From Elsinoe ampelina (lineage: Eukaryota), in contig ML992514.1 in the NCBI GenBank assembly GCA_010093995.1, forward strand, positions 221,437 to 285,436: a stretch of 64,000 nt of DNA, read 5' to 3'. Position numbers and translations under genes: made by a program. Position 1 is the first letter of the stretch. Each line of letters begins with the position of its first letter. The notes under the pieces are model-generated. The model made no database searches and was not told where the DNA came from. It saw only the letters and a program-made list of their open reading frames with translations. Of this stretch, positions 43,603 through 58,111 are shown piece by piece.

Positions 43603-45069
43603 TTATTTCTTGGACTGCGTGGTTGGCTGACCAAGTCTCGAGTAGAGCATGTACAGCGCCATTTGATTGCATTCCTGTGTGCCAGTGATGGTGACAAGAC
43701 GTTCGTTGCTGTTGTCTTGAGGTTCGTTGATCTTGATAACACTGCCGGAAAGCTGTCTGATCTCGTTGATCTTCGCTCCCTGCTTCCCGATAATGGCGCC
43801 GACCATGTCATTGGGAATGAAAATCTGCTGTGTCAGAGGCTGATTGGGCATACCACCACCTTGTTGAGGAGGAACAGCATGACCCATCTGCGGCTGAGCA
43901 TGACCAGCATATGGAGTCGGAGGTTGGCCAGCAGCGGCATACTGTTGACGTGGAGATCCGGCGCCAGCATAAGGCACGGGAGTCTGAGGATGAGCTGGTC
44001 CAGGTTGGCCGTTGTATTGTTGGCCCGCGTAACCCTGCTGGGGAGGTCCACGTTGGCCTTGTTGACGACAGTTGTAGTATTCTGGTTGACCCCATTGACC
44101 GCCGACCTGGTGTGGGACGTAAGGAACCACCTGCATGCCCCCAGGAACAGCGCCAGTAGGAGCACCGTGGCGAGTAGCGTATGCAGAAGCGCCGATGCCA
44201 TTAAAGCGTTCAGTGAGTTGTTCCTTGAGAGTGCTGCCGACATAAAAGGTCGCAATGTGAATGGCATCAGCAACACCAAGGACCACGAGTGAGCGCTCGG
44301 TCGAAAGAGGGAGGCACTGGTCAGATGCGTTGAGACGAGCCCCAGAGGCTTCTTGGATCTCACGAATGCGGACGCCACCCTTGCCGATGATAGATCCTAT
44401 CAAGATATGAGGGATAAGAAGGCGGAGAGGATATGTCTTGGACTCTGGAGTGCTTGGGGATTCCATGGGCTCATTGTTGAGTGTGCGGATGATTAGACCA
44501 AAGGCTTTGGCCACAGCGTCGACCAGGCCTGAGACGGTCAGGATGCGCTCGACGGCGCCCCTCGAATATTCGCTGACTGTGCACTTGGCACCGGACAGCT
44601 TCCTGATGAGAGAGACGTTTTCGCCGCCCTTGCCGATCACGGTAGCAGCTTCCGAGCTGGAGATGATGGAACGGAGGTGGAGCCACTGACTTTCGTCGGA
44701 ATGGTGATTGGTGGTGGACAACGCTGCGGCTTCAGCACCCGTCGCGGCAGTAGCTTGCGCCGGCTGTGTCTCAAGAACCTGTGCAGCAGTGGGCATGCCG
44801 GCAGGACCATCCACGGCTACGGGCTCTACCAAGGGAGCACTGTCTCCGTTTGTGACCTCCCCGGCATCCGGAACCACCTCATCGGCAGTAGTGGTATCGA
44901 CAGCTGCTGCATCCTCTACGGTTCCATCCTCTTCTGGCTGTGGCTCTGACACCTTGTCGAGGGCAGGACGCTTGGCGTCAGGCTGTTCGGTCGGACCGGC
45001 AGGTGATGAGGGATCTTCCAGCGGACGCTTCTGTGACTGGGCAGCGCCCTCTCTGGGCGAAGAAGACAT
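43603..45069 (-). CDS. rnc1: Triple-KH RNA-binding protein (Rnc1/Pbp2/hnRNP K-like); the last few codons may be spliced differently
   Basis: Three KH domains with VIGKGG, IIGKGG and IIGKQG loops; ends ERLVTITGTQECNQMALYMLYSRL. A possible terminal intron 43631-43589 would move the stop to 43551. Confidence 0.9.
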   Translation of the reverse strand: MSSSPREGAAQSQKRPLEDPSSPAGPTEQPDAKRPALDKVSEPQPEEDGTVEDAAAVDTTTADEVVPDAGEVTNGDSAPLVEPVAVDGPAGMPTAAQVLETQPAQATAATGAEAAALSTTNHHSDESQWLHLRSIISSSEAATVIGKGGENVSLIRKLSGAKCTVSEYSRGAVERILTVSGLVDAVAKAFGLIIRTLNNEPMESPSTPESKTYPLRLLIPHILIGSIIGKGGVRIREIQEASGARLNASDQCLPLSTERSLVVLGVADAIHIATFYVGSTLKEQLTERFNGIGASAYATRHGAPTGAVPGGMQVVPYVPHQVGGQWGQPEYYNCRQQGQRGPPQQGYAGQQYNGQPGPAHPQTPVPYAGAGSPRQQYAAAGQPPTPYAGHAQPQMGHAVPPQQGGGMPNQPLTQQIFIPNDMVGAIIGKQGAKINEIRQLSGSVIKINEPQDNSNERLVTITGTQECNQMALYMLYSRLGQPTTQSKK

Positions 45070-46387
45070 GTTGGGTATTGGTAAGGTTTGAACGACTCTG
45101 CACTGTGTGTACGAAGAAGAGATTGTGTGAATTATCTCGATTTATTTTCGACGTCTTATGTACACGACGGTGCTTCGGGTAGGGTGGTGGGAAGGGTATA
45201 TATTCGGATCGGAGGGGGTGAAGGAACGAGGTGAATGTGCTCGGGAAGGATGTCCAGCGAAGGATGGGTAGTGTGAAAGGAGGCCGGGTTGGTGTGAAGG
45301 GAGTAAGAAACAAGGCGCGGGTGGTATTCGAGAAAGGAGGGTCGTTATCGTTGCTGGTGAAGGGTAGGATGGAGGGAGATGAAGGTGTAGTTGGTTGTGC
45401 AGGTGTTGTGCAGTGAAGGTTGTAAGCTGCGAAAGCGCAAGGGCCAACAGAACAAACGACCGTCTCTTTCTTTTCCTGCTGTCAATACCTCTCTTGGGAG
45501 CGCGCTCAAAATTTGTCGCAAAGAATACGCGTTGGAGACGGTGACGATGTCTGAAACGACGTGACTGAGTGTGAGAAAAGACGTGGGGGACGATGAAGCG
45601 CAACGGTCGTCGAAGGAGAAGCCTGAACGAGGAAGTGTCAAAGTGGGAGAAGAGGAAGTGGGAACACCTGGTCTTGTGCGACACGGTGACTAAGCTGGTG
45701 ACGCTAGTCCGTTTGCGGCCAGGTTATAGACATGAGGTTGCTTGCGGTGAGCGTGGTCAGTCTCTCCGAATGTCCATGGATATAATACTTGGTGAGCTTG
45801 TAATCTTTCAGATCTCCTGATAGCCATTACCATCGATGGTATGGTACAACCGCCAGTACTTTTGATGCGGCCAGCAGGTAGAAGATGCTCTGTGGGCCGG
45901 CGTTTTGGCATGAGCTACATGACAGCATATATATCAATCCAATCAATGACATGCAGCAATGTGCTTTTTGGCATCATGAGTGTTCGTCTGCAGGCGTTGG
46001 ACAAACTATGCAAAACCTGTGACGATTCATGGCAGATCGTGTGATGCCCCCAGCCAGTCGTGAGTGCCTGCTTTTGCTCTCCCCAGGCTGAGAAAAATGT
46101 ACCTTATACGCGAGAAAATCCAAACAACGGCCTCTCTTCCTTCTTCCATCCCTTCCGCCCTCCGGACTCTGTCCATATTCTTCCCAGAGACTGCGTTGTC
46201 GTCAAGTCCATCGAGGTGGATTTAGCTATCACACCTCGTCCAAGCAGCCCAGCCTCACTGTTCGAAATCACTCGTGTCACAAGCCCTTCGCTGCCACAAC
46301 AGTCGCGTCATCCCAGGCTCCATTGCATACCGCCCCACCCCGATCATACATACACACATTTATTTGATCACCCAGAGCCTCACAAAC

Positions 46388-48623
46388 ATGGCTCATACTC
46401 AATTGGCCTGTCAGTACACGCCGTTTGCTTACCCTTCATCATGAACGATCCTAACTATGCCTAGACCGCACCTCCAAAGTTATTGGTATCCTTGATGCTA
46501 CTCCAGTATACGAGCCTCTGTCTGGATTCCAAAAGTACGTCACCCAGCTCCTCAGCATGTCAGCAATCTGATCCATTCTAGGCCTGAGGGCAACTTGCGT
46601 TGTGCCACTTATTCTCCCGACGGTCGCTTCTTTGCATGGGCTTCTCCAGAGCGGTAAGAATCGTGTCACCCACATCATGCCCCACTCATACTAAGTATTG
46701 TCCAGTGTCTTTGTTGTCGATGCCGCTAGTGGCGCCATCAGTACCACGCTCCCCACTGAGAACGTCTTCGAACTCTCCTTCTCACCACTTGGAACTTACA
46801 TCATCACCTGGCAACGGCCCAGTAAGGACGAAGAGGGGAATGCTGTAAAGAACTTGAAAGTGTGGAGGACACTCGATGACGGGGCCGGTGCGCAGGGCGA
46901 GAGGACACCAATTGGCCAATACGTTCAAAAGTCCCAGACTGGGTGGAACCTCCAGTACACCGCCGACGAGAAGCTCTGCGCTCGTTGCGTGACAAATGAG
47001 GTCCAATTTTACGAATCACACGATCTCGGTACAGTCTGGAAGAAGTTACGTCTGGAAAGTGTAGCCGATTTTGCCGTTTCCCCTGCCACCACCAACCTGT
47101 CAGTCGCTGCCTTCACTCCGGAGAAGAAGGGTCAACCAGCTTCCGTCAAGGTCTTCAAGGTCCCTCAATTCGATTCGCCTGTTTCGCAGAAGAGCTTCTT
47201 CAAGAGCGACAAGGTCCAGCTCAAGTGGAACCAGGAAGGAACCAGCGTCATCGCTCTTGCTCAGACTGATGTCGACAAGACCAACAAGAGTTATTATGGC
47301 GAGACCAACATGTACATTCTCAGTGCTAATGGAGGCTTCGAATCCAGGATCACCCTGGATAAGGAAGGTCCGATCCACGATGTGACCTGGTCCCCGAATT
47401 CCAAGGAGTTCGGTGTCGTCTACGGGTACATGCCAGCAAAGACGACTATCTTCAACGTACGGGCTGTAGCAACAAAGGATTTCCCGGCCGCTCCCCGCAA
47501 TACTATCAGCTTCTCGCCACACGGTCGCTTCGTTCTAATCGCCGGGTTCGGCAACCTTCAGGGCGACGTGGACATTTACGACCTTGACAAGAACTACAAC
47601 AAAGTCTGCACTCTGAAGGCCAGTAATGCCAGTGTTTGCGAGTGGAGTCCGGATGGAAAGCACATCCTATTCGCGACCACTAGCCCACGCCTTCGTGTCG
47701 ACAATGGCATCCGCATTTACCATGTCAGTGGCGCCATCATCTACAACGAGGACATGACTGAGCTCTACAACGTCTACTGGCGCCCACTTTCCGCGTCTCA
47801 GTATCCTCTCGGAGATCCCTTCAATCCTGCTCCAACACCTCATCCGTCTGCGGTCGCCTATCTCGGCACCGTCAAGACACCATCAAAGCCAGTCGGCGCT
47901 TACAGGCCACCAGGTGCTCGTGGCACCGTGACGCCTCTCGCTTTCAAGCGCGAGGACGAAGGTGGTGCAGCCTTCATCCGTGATGGTATCAGTAGCGGAG
48001 GTACTAGTACCGGTCTCAATGGCTTTGGTAAGCCTCGACGTCGGGAGGTTCCTGGTGCTGAATCTGCTGAGCCTCTCCCTCCAGGAGCTGCACCTGGCGG
48101 TGGTGTTAGTCTCACCGGAGCCGGTGATGACAATCTCAGCAAGGCAGCTCTCAAGAACAAGAAGAAGCGCGAGAACAAGAAGGCTAAAGATGCCGAAACA
48201 GCACACAATGGCAACGGCAATCTGACTGCACCGGGAACCAACGGACATGCGACACCTTCCCGGAGCCCTGACCGCCGCGAGCGTCCAAGGAGCAGGTCCA
48301 AGACTGGTCAAGACCCACGCCCTCAGTCTAGGAGACGCGAGGGCAGCAAGGCTCGTGGTCCCCCCCGATCTGCTGCTAATGGTACCACTGTCCAGACCAA
48401 TAATGTTCCTGCTGCCGCGCCTGCTCCCGATCTTACCGTCACTAGTCCTGGCGGTGGCTCTGCCTACGAGAAGAAGGTCCGTGCACTACACAAGAAGCTC
48501 AGGGCCATTGAGGATCTCAAGATGCGTCAGGCCGGCGGTGAAAAGCTCGAAGCAACCCAGGTCCAGAAGATTGCCACCGAAGAGTCCGTCAGGAAAGAGC
48601 TCACTGGCTTGAACGTGGACTAG
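46388..48623 (+). CDS. EIF2A: Eukaryotic translation initiation factor 2A
   Basis: Three short 5' introns give MAHTQLAYRTSKVIG...PEGNLRCATYSPDGRFFAWA. Motifs DKTNKSYYGET, GPIHDVTWSPNS, AGFGNLQG, ATTSPRLRVDNG and AYRPPGARG; C-terminal KKLRAIEDLK. Confidence 0.95.
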
Positions 48624-49289
48624 CATTGCCCTCGCGGCCGAGACCTTGGGTCGAGTGACACTACCAAGCGAGACTACCTGGGTATCAGGGCGAAGATCTT
48701 CAAGGCGACACAGCAATACCATGGGTTGGCTGCATCTGGCAACGAGTGGGACAAGCCAATCGAGTTCAGTATTCCAGTCGCAAGTCCTAGCACGGATTTC
48801 GACCATCAGGTGGAGAGACTTCGCTACCTTGTCGATCACACCGACTTCGATCCTGATCTTCCTGTTGAGGAACGGCAACCTCTTGGCAAACGTCCCGACT
48901 CTGTCGTTGGTGGCCATACTATCGAAGAGCAATACGACTATGTTCCTCGTCTAGCGATGGACTACAACGCCATTCCGTGGCAGGCTATCATCGTCGCAGA
49001 GCGATTTCATGGCCGAGATGAGCGGCGTTATTTCACTAGATCACAAAGGAAACAGCTCAACAAGGAGAAAGAGGTTGTCAAATCACCATGCATGTGCTTG
49101 GGGTGGGTATTGGATCCGACAGAGAGGATCAACACCTGGCTGTGGGAAGTCCATGAGGGGTACTGGATGGGCCCTCTGACTTCAGGTGCCGATCTTAAGA
49201 GGTCATCGCGCCATGCTGTGGCGAATCGGCCGAATCGTGAACGGGCGAGGAAGCGATACGCGCGCGCAGGCATGAAATGTCCTGTCTAG
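48624..49289 (+). other. Stop-free frame continuing in frame after the eIF2A TAG (221 codons): readthrough extension or separate orphan ORF
   Basis: No stop from 48624 to the TAG ending at 49289, in the same frame as eIF2A. The first in-frame ATG is at 48957. Confidence 0.5.
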
Positions 49290-50278
49290 TGGCACTGAGA
49301 CGACTACGTAGAAATATCAAAATGACAACGCTCGTGACTCTCACTTCCTCCTGCTATGTTCCCGTGTTTGTCTCTGGCGCTTTCGATCGCGTTGCTGTCC
49401 CTGTCGAGTCAGCAGTGTGTGTGTGGACTGTCTTCTGTTCAGCGGCCATTTCCTATAACGACGCTCAGATAGCCGCCTTTTGGAGACGGTGTGGGCACTT
49501 GCTATCCAGTATTCCTGGCGATATTTGGTGGTTTCTAGTATCCCCTGTTCTTTTCCGTTCTATACACGCCGGTATTCCATCTGTCTATCGCATCCCGTCG
49601 GCGACTTGGCGCCGTCAAAGACCCCATCCCGGGGGCAGCGTTCGCCACTCCGTCGGGAGAGCGGGGTGTCTGCTGTGGTTGCTGCACGCCACTGATTGTG
49701 ATGAATCTGACTTCTTTGTGTCGCTATGTGTGGGTAGAATATACTGTGTGGTTTTTGGGTCGTTTTGATGGATACTGGTGGAGCTGTACCCAGATTACCG
49801 TTCGGGTGGTTTTTGTTGGTGGAGATGGTATGAGTCCGTTTGCGAAATCGGGTTGACTTCGTGAGGTAAGCTCATTTCCACACGGAATTGACACGGACGC
49901 CGATGAACGCTCGGAGAAGGATATGAGCGGCTAGGGGAGGCTAGATAGAGTACAGTCTGGCACTGTGACATCGCGCAGAGGTCGTTGGTGGTGGTCTGGC
50001 AGCGGTGCAAGACGGTGGATGGGTCTTGGCATTGACTCGGAAACCAGGGGCGAGGGCGCCGATGATAATACAAGGCGAAGACACGTGAGGATGAGAGTGA
50101 AAGGGACGGAGATGACAAAAGGATATCAAGATGCCGATTCACGAGTCAAATGTGTCTATACATGCTATACACGCGCGAGCAATGTTGCCGTCCAACCCAT
50201 CGCTGCCATGCACCATATATGCTCGCCTCCCATGGGAAAAGAGGCCGTGATCACGAGCCGGACGCCCCTCCCACCTCT

Positions 50279-52779
50279 CTAGCCCAGACCACCCCTACCG
50301 CTCTTCACCCTCGCCTCCACGGGCAGCAACATCCCCTCCCCACCCTTCCCAAGCGCCATACCCTTCTCCCAGCCCATCTTCTCCATCAACTTCCGCCCAA
50401 AGTTACTCTCCGCAATCTCCGGCGCCGTAGCACCCACGACTTCACCATGTCGATACCCAACAGCCGCAGAGTCGAATCCGCCTCCTCTACCCGCGCGCTT
50501 TGGTCCCTGCCCCTTCCCTCTTGGACCCTTACCTGCTCCATTGAGGAAGCCCCGTTGCGAGATACGCTCCACACGATCCCACTTTCGCTGGTCAAACTCG
50601 CCTGTCCGAGCGCGCTTTGAGAAGACAGTGAAGCGATTCTTGCCGCTCCCCCTCGAAGTACTGGTCAGGTCAAAGACGTGGGCGATCTCATGGAGGAGTT
50701 TGCGTTCCTTCTTCTCCATGGGCGGCATGGCTTTTTGCTGCATGTCGTCGTCGTCGAGGAAGTCCTCGATCTCGCGGCGGAGCTGCGCGAGGGAAAGACC
50801 GTCGGCGAACTTGATCTGGATGTCGGGACGGAACTTGTTGGCTCTGCCGCGGCCGAGGAGGCCTTCGGCGCGGAGCTCTTCTCGCTCGACTTTCTTTGCA
50901 GCTTTCTTGGCGCGGTCGTTGGCCCAGGAGGTTTGGAGGTCGGAGATGAGGTCCTCGTCGGAGAGGGCTGCGAGTTCTTCAGGTAGACCGCCGGCGGACT
51001 TGCGTCCCTTCTTGCCGGCAGGACGAAGCGAGGGTCGTTCGAAGTCCATGACGTCGAAGCCGCCGTAGGGATCCTGATCAAGGACGTCGGCCATGAGTGA
51101 GGCAGAAGGGAACGTGTCGCGTTGCTTCTTCTTCCCACCACGCTTCGGTCTCTTGTTGGCGGACCGCGCAAGGAGCGACTCGAGACCAGCCTCCGCTTCT
51201 GCAAGCTCGTGGTTGGTAGGGATTTCTGAGTCATCTAGAAGTAGAAGCTCATCAGACCCGAGACCAAGTTCTTCTTGTTTGGCAAGCATGCGGGCAATCT
51301 CTTCATCGGTCATCGCGTCCATTTGCCGTTGGCGCAGGTCTGTCTCGTCCTCCCATCGCTCCTGTTCGGTGTAGTCAAGGTCAGAGTCGAGCTCAGAATC
51401 ATCGCCAGGATCCGAGGTGCCATCCTCGTCATCCTCTCCATCGTTCTCGTCATCGTCATCCTCCAAGTTCGACAGTAATGCACTAACATCGGTCATATCC
51501 ACATCCGTCGTGGGTACGGAGCTCAACTCCTGCCTTCGATTCTTGCGTCGAGATTTGTTCTTGACGGGTGCAGATGCGGATGTCGGCTCCACTTCATCAT
51601 CGATCTCCTCCTCGTCACCCATGACGCTCGACACCCAGTCGCTCTCGCTGTGCTGGAGCGCGGAAACAGCGGCAATGAGGTCATCGCCCCCGCTCATGTT
51701 TGCGATATAGTCCTGCAACATTGCTTCCTCATCTTCATCCTCCTCCATGTCTGGATCATCCATGATTCTGCCGAATGATTCTCTTGCGAGTGACTGACTG
51801 CCACGAGTGACCTTCTGTTTCTTGTTCTTCCTACCCTTGCTCTTCTTAGTTTGAAGCGGTCTATCCTTCTTCCAACCCCCGACGGCGATCTTCGAGGCTG
51901 CCGGTGCCGATTGAGCATTCAGACTGGGCGTGTGCAGGTCTGTCACGTTTGGCGCGGGTACAGCTGGCAGTGGAGGTTTCGAGCCGGGCACCTGGGATAC
52001 CGAGGTAGTCTTGGCTGTTACTTCTGTTACTTGAGCCGGGCCGGACGGCGGTGCTCGAGTCGCGGGTGCCGGAGCAGGTGCAGACTGCTGCGCTGGGGGA
52101 TCGTCTCTAATGGTGACTTTATTTGACCTTCCTCTGAACACCACCACCTCGTCCTCACTGCCATCGTCCTCCAAAGGCGAGACGTCGCAAACAACTGGGA
52201 CTGAGCCGGTGGGGGCCAGAGTCTTGTCGCCGATCGGATCGACCACGAACAGGTCTTGTGGCGGATCTTGCAACGAAACATCCGAGGCGTCTCCACTGGG
52301 AGTATCCTGACCAGAAGTCTGAAAAGCCGACAGCTCCGTGGTTTCCGCTTCCATCTCGAGGCTAAGCCCCTGCTGCGGTGGCGAAGTCCTGTCTGGACTT
52401 TTGATGTGCATCTGCGCCATTGCTCCATCGCTGTCGTCCAGCTCGCTATCAAGCTCCTGTCTGCTCTTATCCTTCTCGTGTTCATCTGGAATCTTCGACT
52501 CGTCCGACGGATTCATGTTTCCGGCACTAACGAAGCGCATGCTCTGGTGTCGAAGCTTTACCGAAGGTGACCATTCCGAGTGATGCCGTTCTGTGCGAAG
52601 TGCTTCATCCCTCATAGAGAAGAATGGAGAGGAGTTACCGCCTTGGACGAGGTTAGCGGATTCAGCGAAGGAGGTTGCAGTCAAGACGCACTGCTCTCTC
52701 TCGAGAACTTGTCATTGAAGCTCTTCCGCTTGGGCGTCTTCTGCTGGTTGCCACCTTTGGCTTTGTGTCTCTTCGGCAT
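50279..52779 (-). CDS. SQS1: Sqs1-like R3H and G-patch domain protein
   Basis: ATG 52779 (MPKRHKAK); an intron GTGCGT...GCTAAC...AAG joins it to FSMRDEA...KLRHQSMRFVSAG. R3H-like PPMEKKERKLLHEIAHVFDLTSTSRGSGKNRF; G-patch SNFGRKLMEKMGWEKGMALG...GRGGLG. Confidence 0.88.
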
Positions 52780-53253
52780 GTTGATCACTATTGACGCGAG
52801 TGGCAGAAGAGTGACCTGAAGAAGTGGTCCCTTTAGCAAAGAGGCTGCCAAGGTAAGCAATACAGAGACAACGAAGGAAAAGTTGAGTATCTCTGACGGC
52901 AAATAATTAATGTATGATGACACAGATCTCGCTACCGCATTGGGCAAGCGCGGGGCATTCCGCAGGCGATCCAGGGACCTTTCATGGGCATGCTCATCCC
53001 CCAAATGACCTCCGAATGACTTCTAACCATCTGGTGTTCATGGGCTGTTCCACGCACCGACTCTCCATACTCCAGAGACACCCGGATACCAACAAGAGAA
53101 GTTATACTTCCGCAGACCTAATGTTTGTCTCTACCTGACCCAAGTTGTGCTTGAGGTCATCCACCGCTCTCCGCTTCTCCGCATCCCTCTCCGGCCGCCG
53201 CCTACCTGAGTGTTTACGGTGACATAGCCTCCTCATTCACACTATCGCCAGCC

Positions 53254-54588
53254 ATGAATAGCAACGATATCACGCGCTACGGCAAGCGCTTTGTGCAGTA
53301 TTTCTGGGACCCTTTGCCCGCCAACGAGAGTACCGAACCGATCTGGTGCCTAGGCGAGCGATACAACTCACACCCAATCCAGCCCCCGCAAGCAGACCAG
53401 CGATCTCAGAGTCCACCATCTACCTCGTCTGCCTCATCCTCCCTACCATCTACTGTCGATACGAGTTCATCGACGAAAGAGAAAGACCCCGAGACATCTT
53501 CCATCGACATAATCGAACGAACTGAGTCCGCTGAAAGAGATGAGGCTCTTTCCAAGGGTTGGCCTGGTCCCTTCCTTGACGATGTCTACACACGGATATG
53601 GCTCACATATCGCAACAACTTCCATTCGATAGCTAAATCCTCGGATCCGGCAGCGACTAGCGCAATGTCTTTCTCCACACGACTGAAGCAGCTTGGTAAC
53701 ATTGGTGGTTTCACATCAGATACAGGCTGGGGATGCATGATACGGTCAGGGCAGTCCTTGTTGGCAAACACACTTGCTATGCTGGAGCTGGGTCGGGACT
53801 GGAGGAGAGGGGAACAGATCGAGAAGGAAACGGCCCTGGTTGCCCAGTTCGCGGACGATCCCTCCGCCCCATTCTCCATCCACCGCTTCGTCGAACACGG
53901 TGCAGCTGCATGCGGCAAGCATCCTGGGGAGTGGTTCGGACCTTCGGCGACAGCACGCTGTATCCAGGCACTCGTCGACGCGCATCATCCCTCATCGCTA
54001 CGAGTCTACGTCCGTCCAGACGACTCAGACGTTTATGAGGACACCTTCTTATCGACTGCAAAAGGCAAGGATGGCACGTTCAAACCTACACTTATTCTCC
54101 TCGGTACTCGTCTCGGTATAGACCGAATCAACCCTCTCTACCACATCGCTCTTGCACAAGCCCTTACGAGCCCACAGAGCATAGGGATCGCAGGCGGTCG
54201 CCCAAGCAGCAGCCATTACTTCATCGGCGTTCAAGGCGACGGCTACTTCTACCTCGACCCACATTTCACCCGACCTGCCATCAATAAGAAGCCCACGACG
54301 GAAGACGTAGCGAGCTGCCACACCCGCCGCCTCCGACGGATAGAAGTAGGAGAGATGGACCCCAGCATGCTTCTAGGCTTCTTGATCCGCACAGAAGAAG
54401 ATTGGAAATCGTGGCGGCGAAGCATTGAAGACAAGGAGCGCGTCAAGGGTAAAGACGGCAAAGGCAAAGGCATCATCCACGTACACGACAAGGAACCAGC
54501 CTTCGGCGACGAGCAAATGGAACGGGAGTCGGCCGTGGACGATGTAGTGAGCTGCGACGACAGCGACGGGGAGACGGTGACGAGTTGA
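53254..54588 (+). CDS. ATG4: Autophagy cysteine protease Atg4
   Basis: FTSDTGWGCMIRSGQSLLAN (catalytic Cys), GEWFGPS, GIAGGRPSSSHYF and YLDPH (Asp/His). Confidence 0.96.
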   Translation: MNSNDITRYGKRFVQYFWDPLPANESTEPIWCLGERYNSHPIQPPQADQRSQSPPSTSSASSSLPSTVDTSSSTKEKDPETSSIDIIERTESAERDEALSKGWPGPFLDDVYTRIWLTYRNNFHSIAKSSDPAATSAMSFSTRLKQLGNIGGFTSDTGWGCMIRSGQSLLANTLAMLELGRDWRRGEQIEKETALVAQFADDPSAPFSIHRFVEHGAAACGKHPGEWFGPSATARCIQALVDAHHPSSLRVYVRPDDSDVYEDTFLSTAKGKDGTFKPTLILLGTRLGIDRINPLYHIALAQALTSPQSIGIAGGRPSSSHYFIGVQGDGYFYLDPHFTRPAINKKPTTEDVASCHTRRLRRIEVGEMDPSMLLGFLIRTEEDWKSWRRSIEDKERVKGKDGKGKGIIHVHDKEPAFGDEQMERESAVDDVVSCDDSDGETVTS

Positions 54589-55448
54589 GCAACCAACCAA
54601 CCTTTTGGAGATAGGAGCATCTCAGTGACGAAGACACGAGTAATGAAAGCACGAGCAAGGACGCCCGAACAGGACTACCAGAAAGATCACAGAGCAGAAT
54701 CAGATCACAACCTCTGCCAAAGCAAAAGATCAATCCTCTCTCCAGTGGAACCAATCACGTCCCCCTCCCGTCGCGTGAGGCTTCGCCGTAGGGCTGGGTT
54801 TGTTTATCTCTCCCGCCAAGCCAAGTCGTGATCTTGCCAGACGCGTCGGGGGGTCGGGCTGTCCGGGCTTGAGATCCCCCCCACCTTTTCGCTCGTTTTG
54901 CTTGCTGGTTGCCTTCCCCTCGCGCTTTGTCCCCTCGCAGCTGCTCGTTGCATTCTGTCGTTGCGGCTCTGTGCTTGAGCTCCTGTCGTGTCCTGTCAAT
55001 TGGTCGCGTGAGGTTCGCGTTTTGTATTTTGATATTGTTGCGAAACATGCTGAACTTGTAGTGTTTGTACCATAGTAAATGGTCAAGTAGAAAAGTCGAT
55101 ATCAATTTCATGTTGCAATGTGGAAGACAGGTCAAATTGTAATGGTTCAGATCATTCAGATTTGCTTCGTGAACAGCTACTCTGAAGTCATAATGTACAC
55201 GACCAGCTGCTCTCTGCTGCCCACTCCCTTCTACCTGCAGCATTCATCATGATAGCTCATGCCTCCAAGCGAAGCCCGCCCCAGCCAGTTGCAACTGAAA
55301 CATTTCCCATCCCATGACCGCATTATCAAAAAAGAAAAGTCACCCATGCGCAAACTCCTGCTGACGACCGCTCCAGGGTGGCGCTGGTATCAGATCGGAT
55401 GACGAAAAAAAAAAAAGGAAAGCCGTAACGAGAAGAGCATCAAGCACT

Positions 55449-57125
<1,677 letters not shown>

Positions 57126-57546
57126 TAATGCGGTTATGGCTGGGTTTTCTTTGGTTTTCTCATGGTGTCCAACGTTCGCATGCAAGCGAAATAGCATGAT
57201 TAGCTTTTCCATCATGACTACGGTCTGAGGACAAGCAGCAGAGGATGAGGTTGTACATTACGCTCATGAAGTCTAGAGCGCTGGGCGGACACGAACAATT
57301 GAATCTGATACCTTGAACTTCATACTTGATCTCAATTTCTGAATGTGACTGCATTTCATCCATACTGCCTTGCGAAGTATTTGCTCAAATCGGACTCTGT
57401 AGCAGCATTCCACATGGCGCGTCAAGGGAGACTTCCAGCACAGGCATGAGAGCCAAGAACAGAAAGCGATTGCAGACCATATGCATTGAGAAGGTCTGTC
57501 TGATACTATGTTCATGATTCTACCTTGCTCATCTCTACTGCCCAGC

Positions 57547-58111
57547 TCAAAGATCCATGTGCGGTGGAGCTGCTTCTTGTCAGTACCCGTCCGTGCTCGA
57601 CTTTTGGCCAGAATGAACATACGATCTCGGATAGGCGCAGGCAGATTCCTCTCGTACTTGCTGCCACCTGGTGCCGTCGGCGGTCTGTACGGATCTGGGT
57701 GCTTCCACTTCTTGAGCAGAGCTTCTGTTTGGTCCATCAATTCCTGTGACACCTGGTCAGCCCCTCTTCCTGAAGATCATGCTGTGCCACGAGTGCCAGT
57801 GATCGGACAATTGCTCGACTCTTTCAAATGCTTGTGTCCGAAGGAGGGGTGGTAGAAGCATACGAGCTCCATCCGTCCCACATGATCATCGACATACCCT
57901 CTGTTGTCTTGGTTCCCTAATGTGTCTGTTCTTCTCGAATAATGATCGGATGTAGAGAGCTTGACCACGCCATAGTGCTCTGCTGACTGCCCAGTCGAGT
58001 GCGAGCTTCAGTGATCTCCGGTAGAGGCGGCTGTAGGTTACGCATTAGTATTGTCTATAATCCAGCTTGCTCCGGAGTTTCATACATGGGTGTGATGGCC
58101 GAGTTGGACAT
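57547..58111 (-). CDS. NDUFB9: Complex I accessory subunit B22 (LYR family)
   Basis: Four exons giving MSNSAITPIRLYRRSLKLALDWAVSRALWRGQALYIRSLFEKNRHIREPRQQR/ELMDQTEALLKKWKHPDPYRPPTAPGGSKYERNLPAPIRD/PPPHMDL*. Confidence 0.93.

Noticed and set aside
52681..52779. Apparent frameshift or premature stop at the SQS1 5' end
   Set aside because: Resolved by a normal intron (GTGCGT...GCTAAC...AAG).
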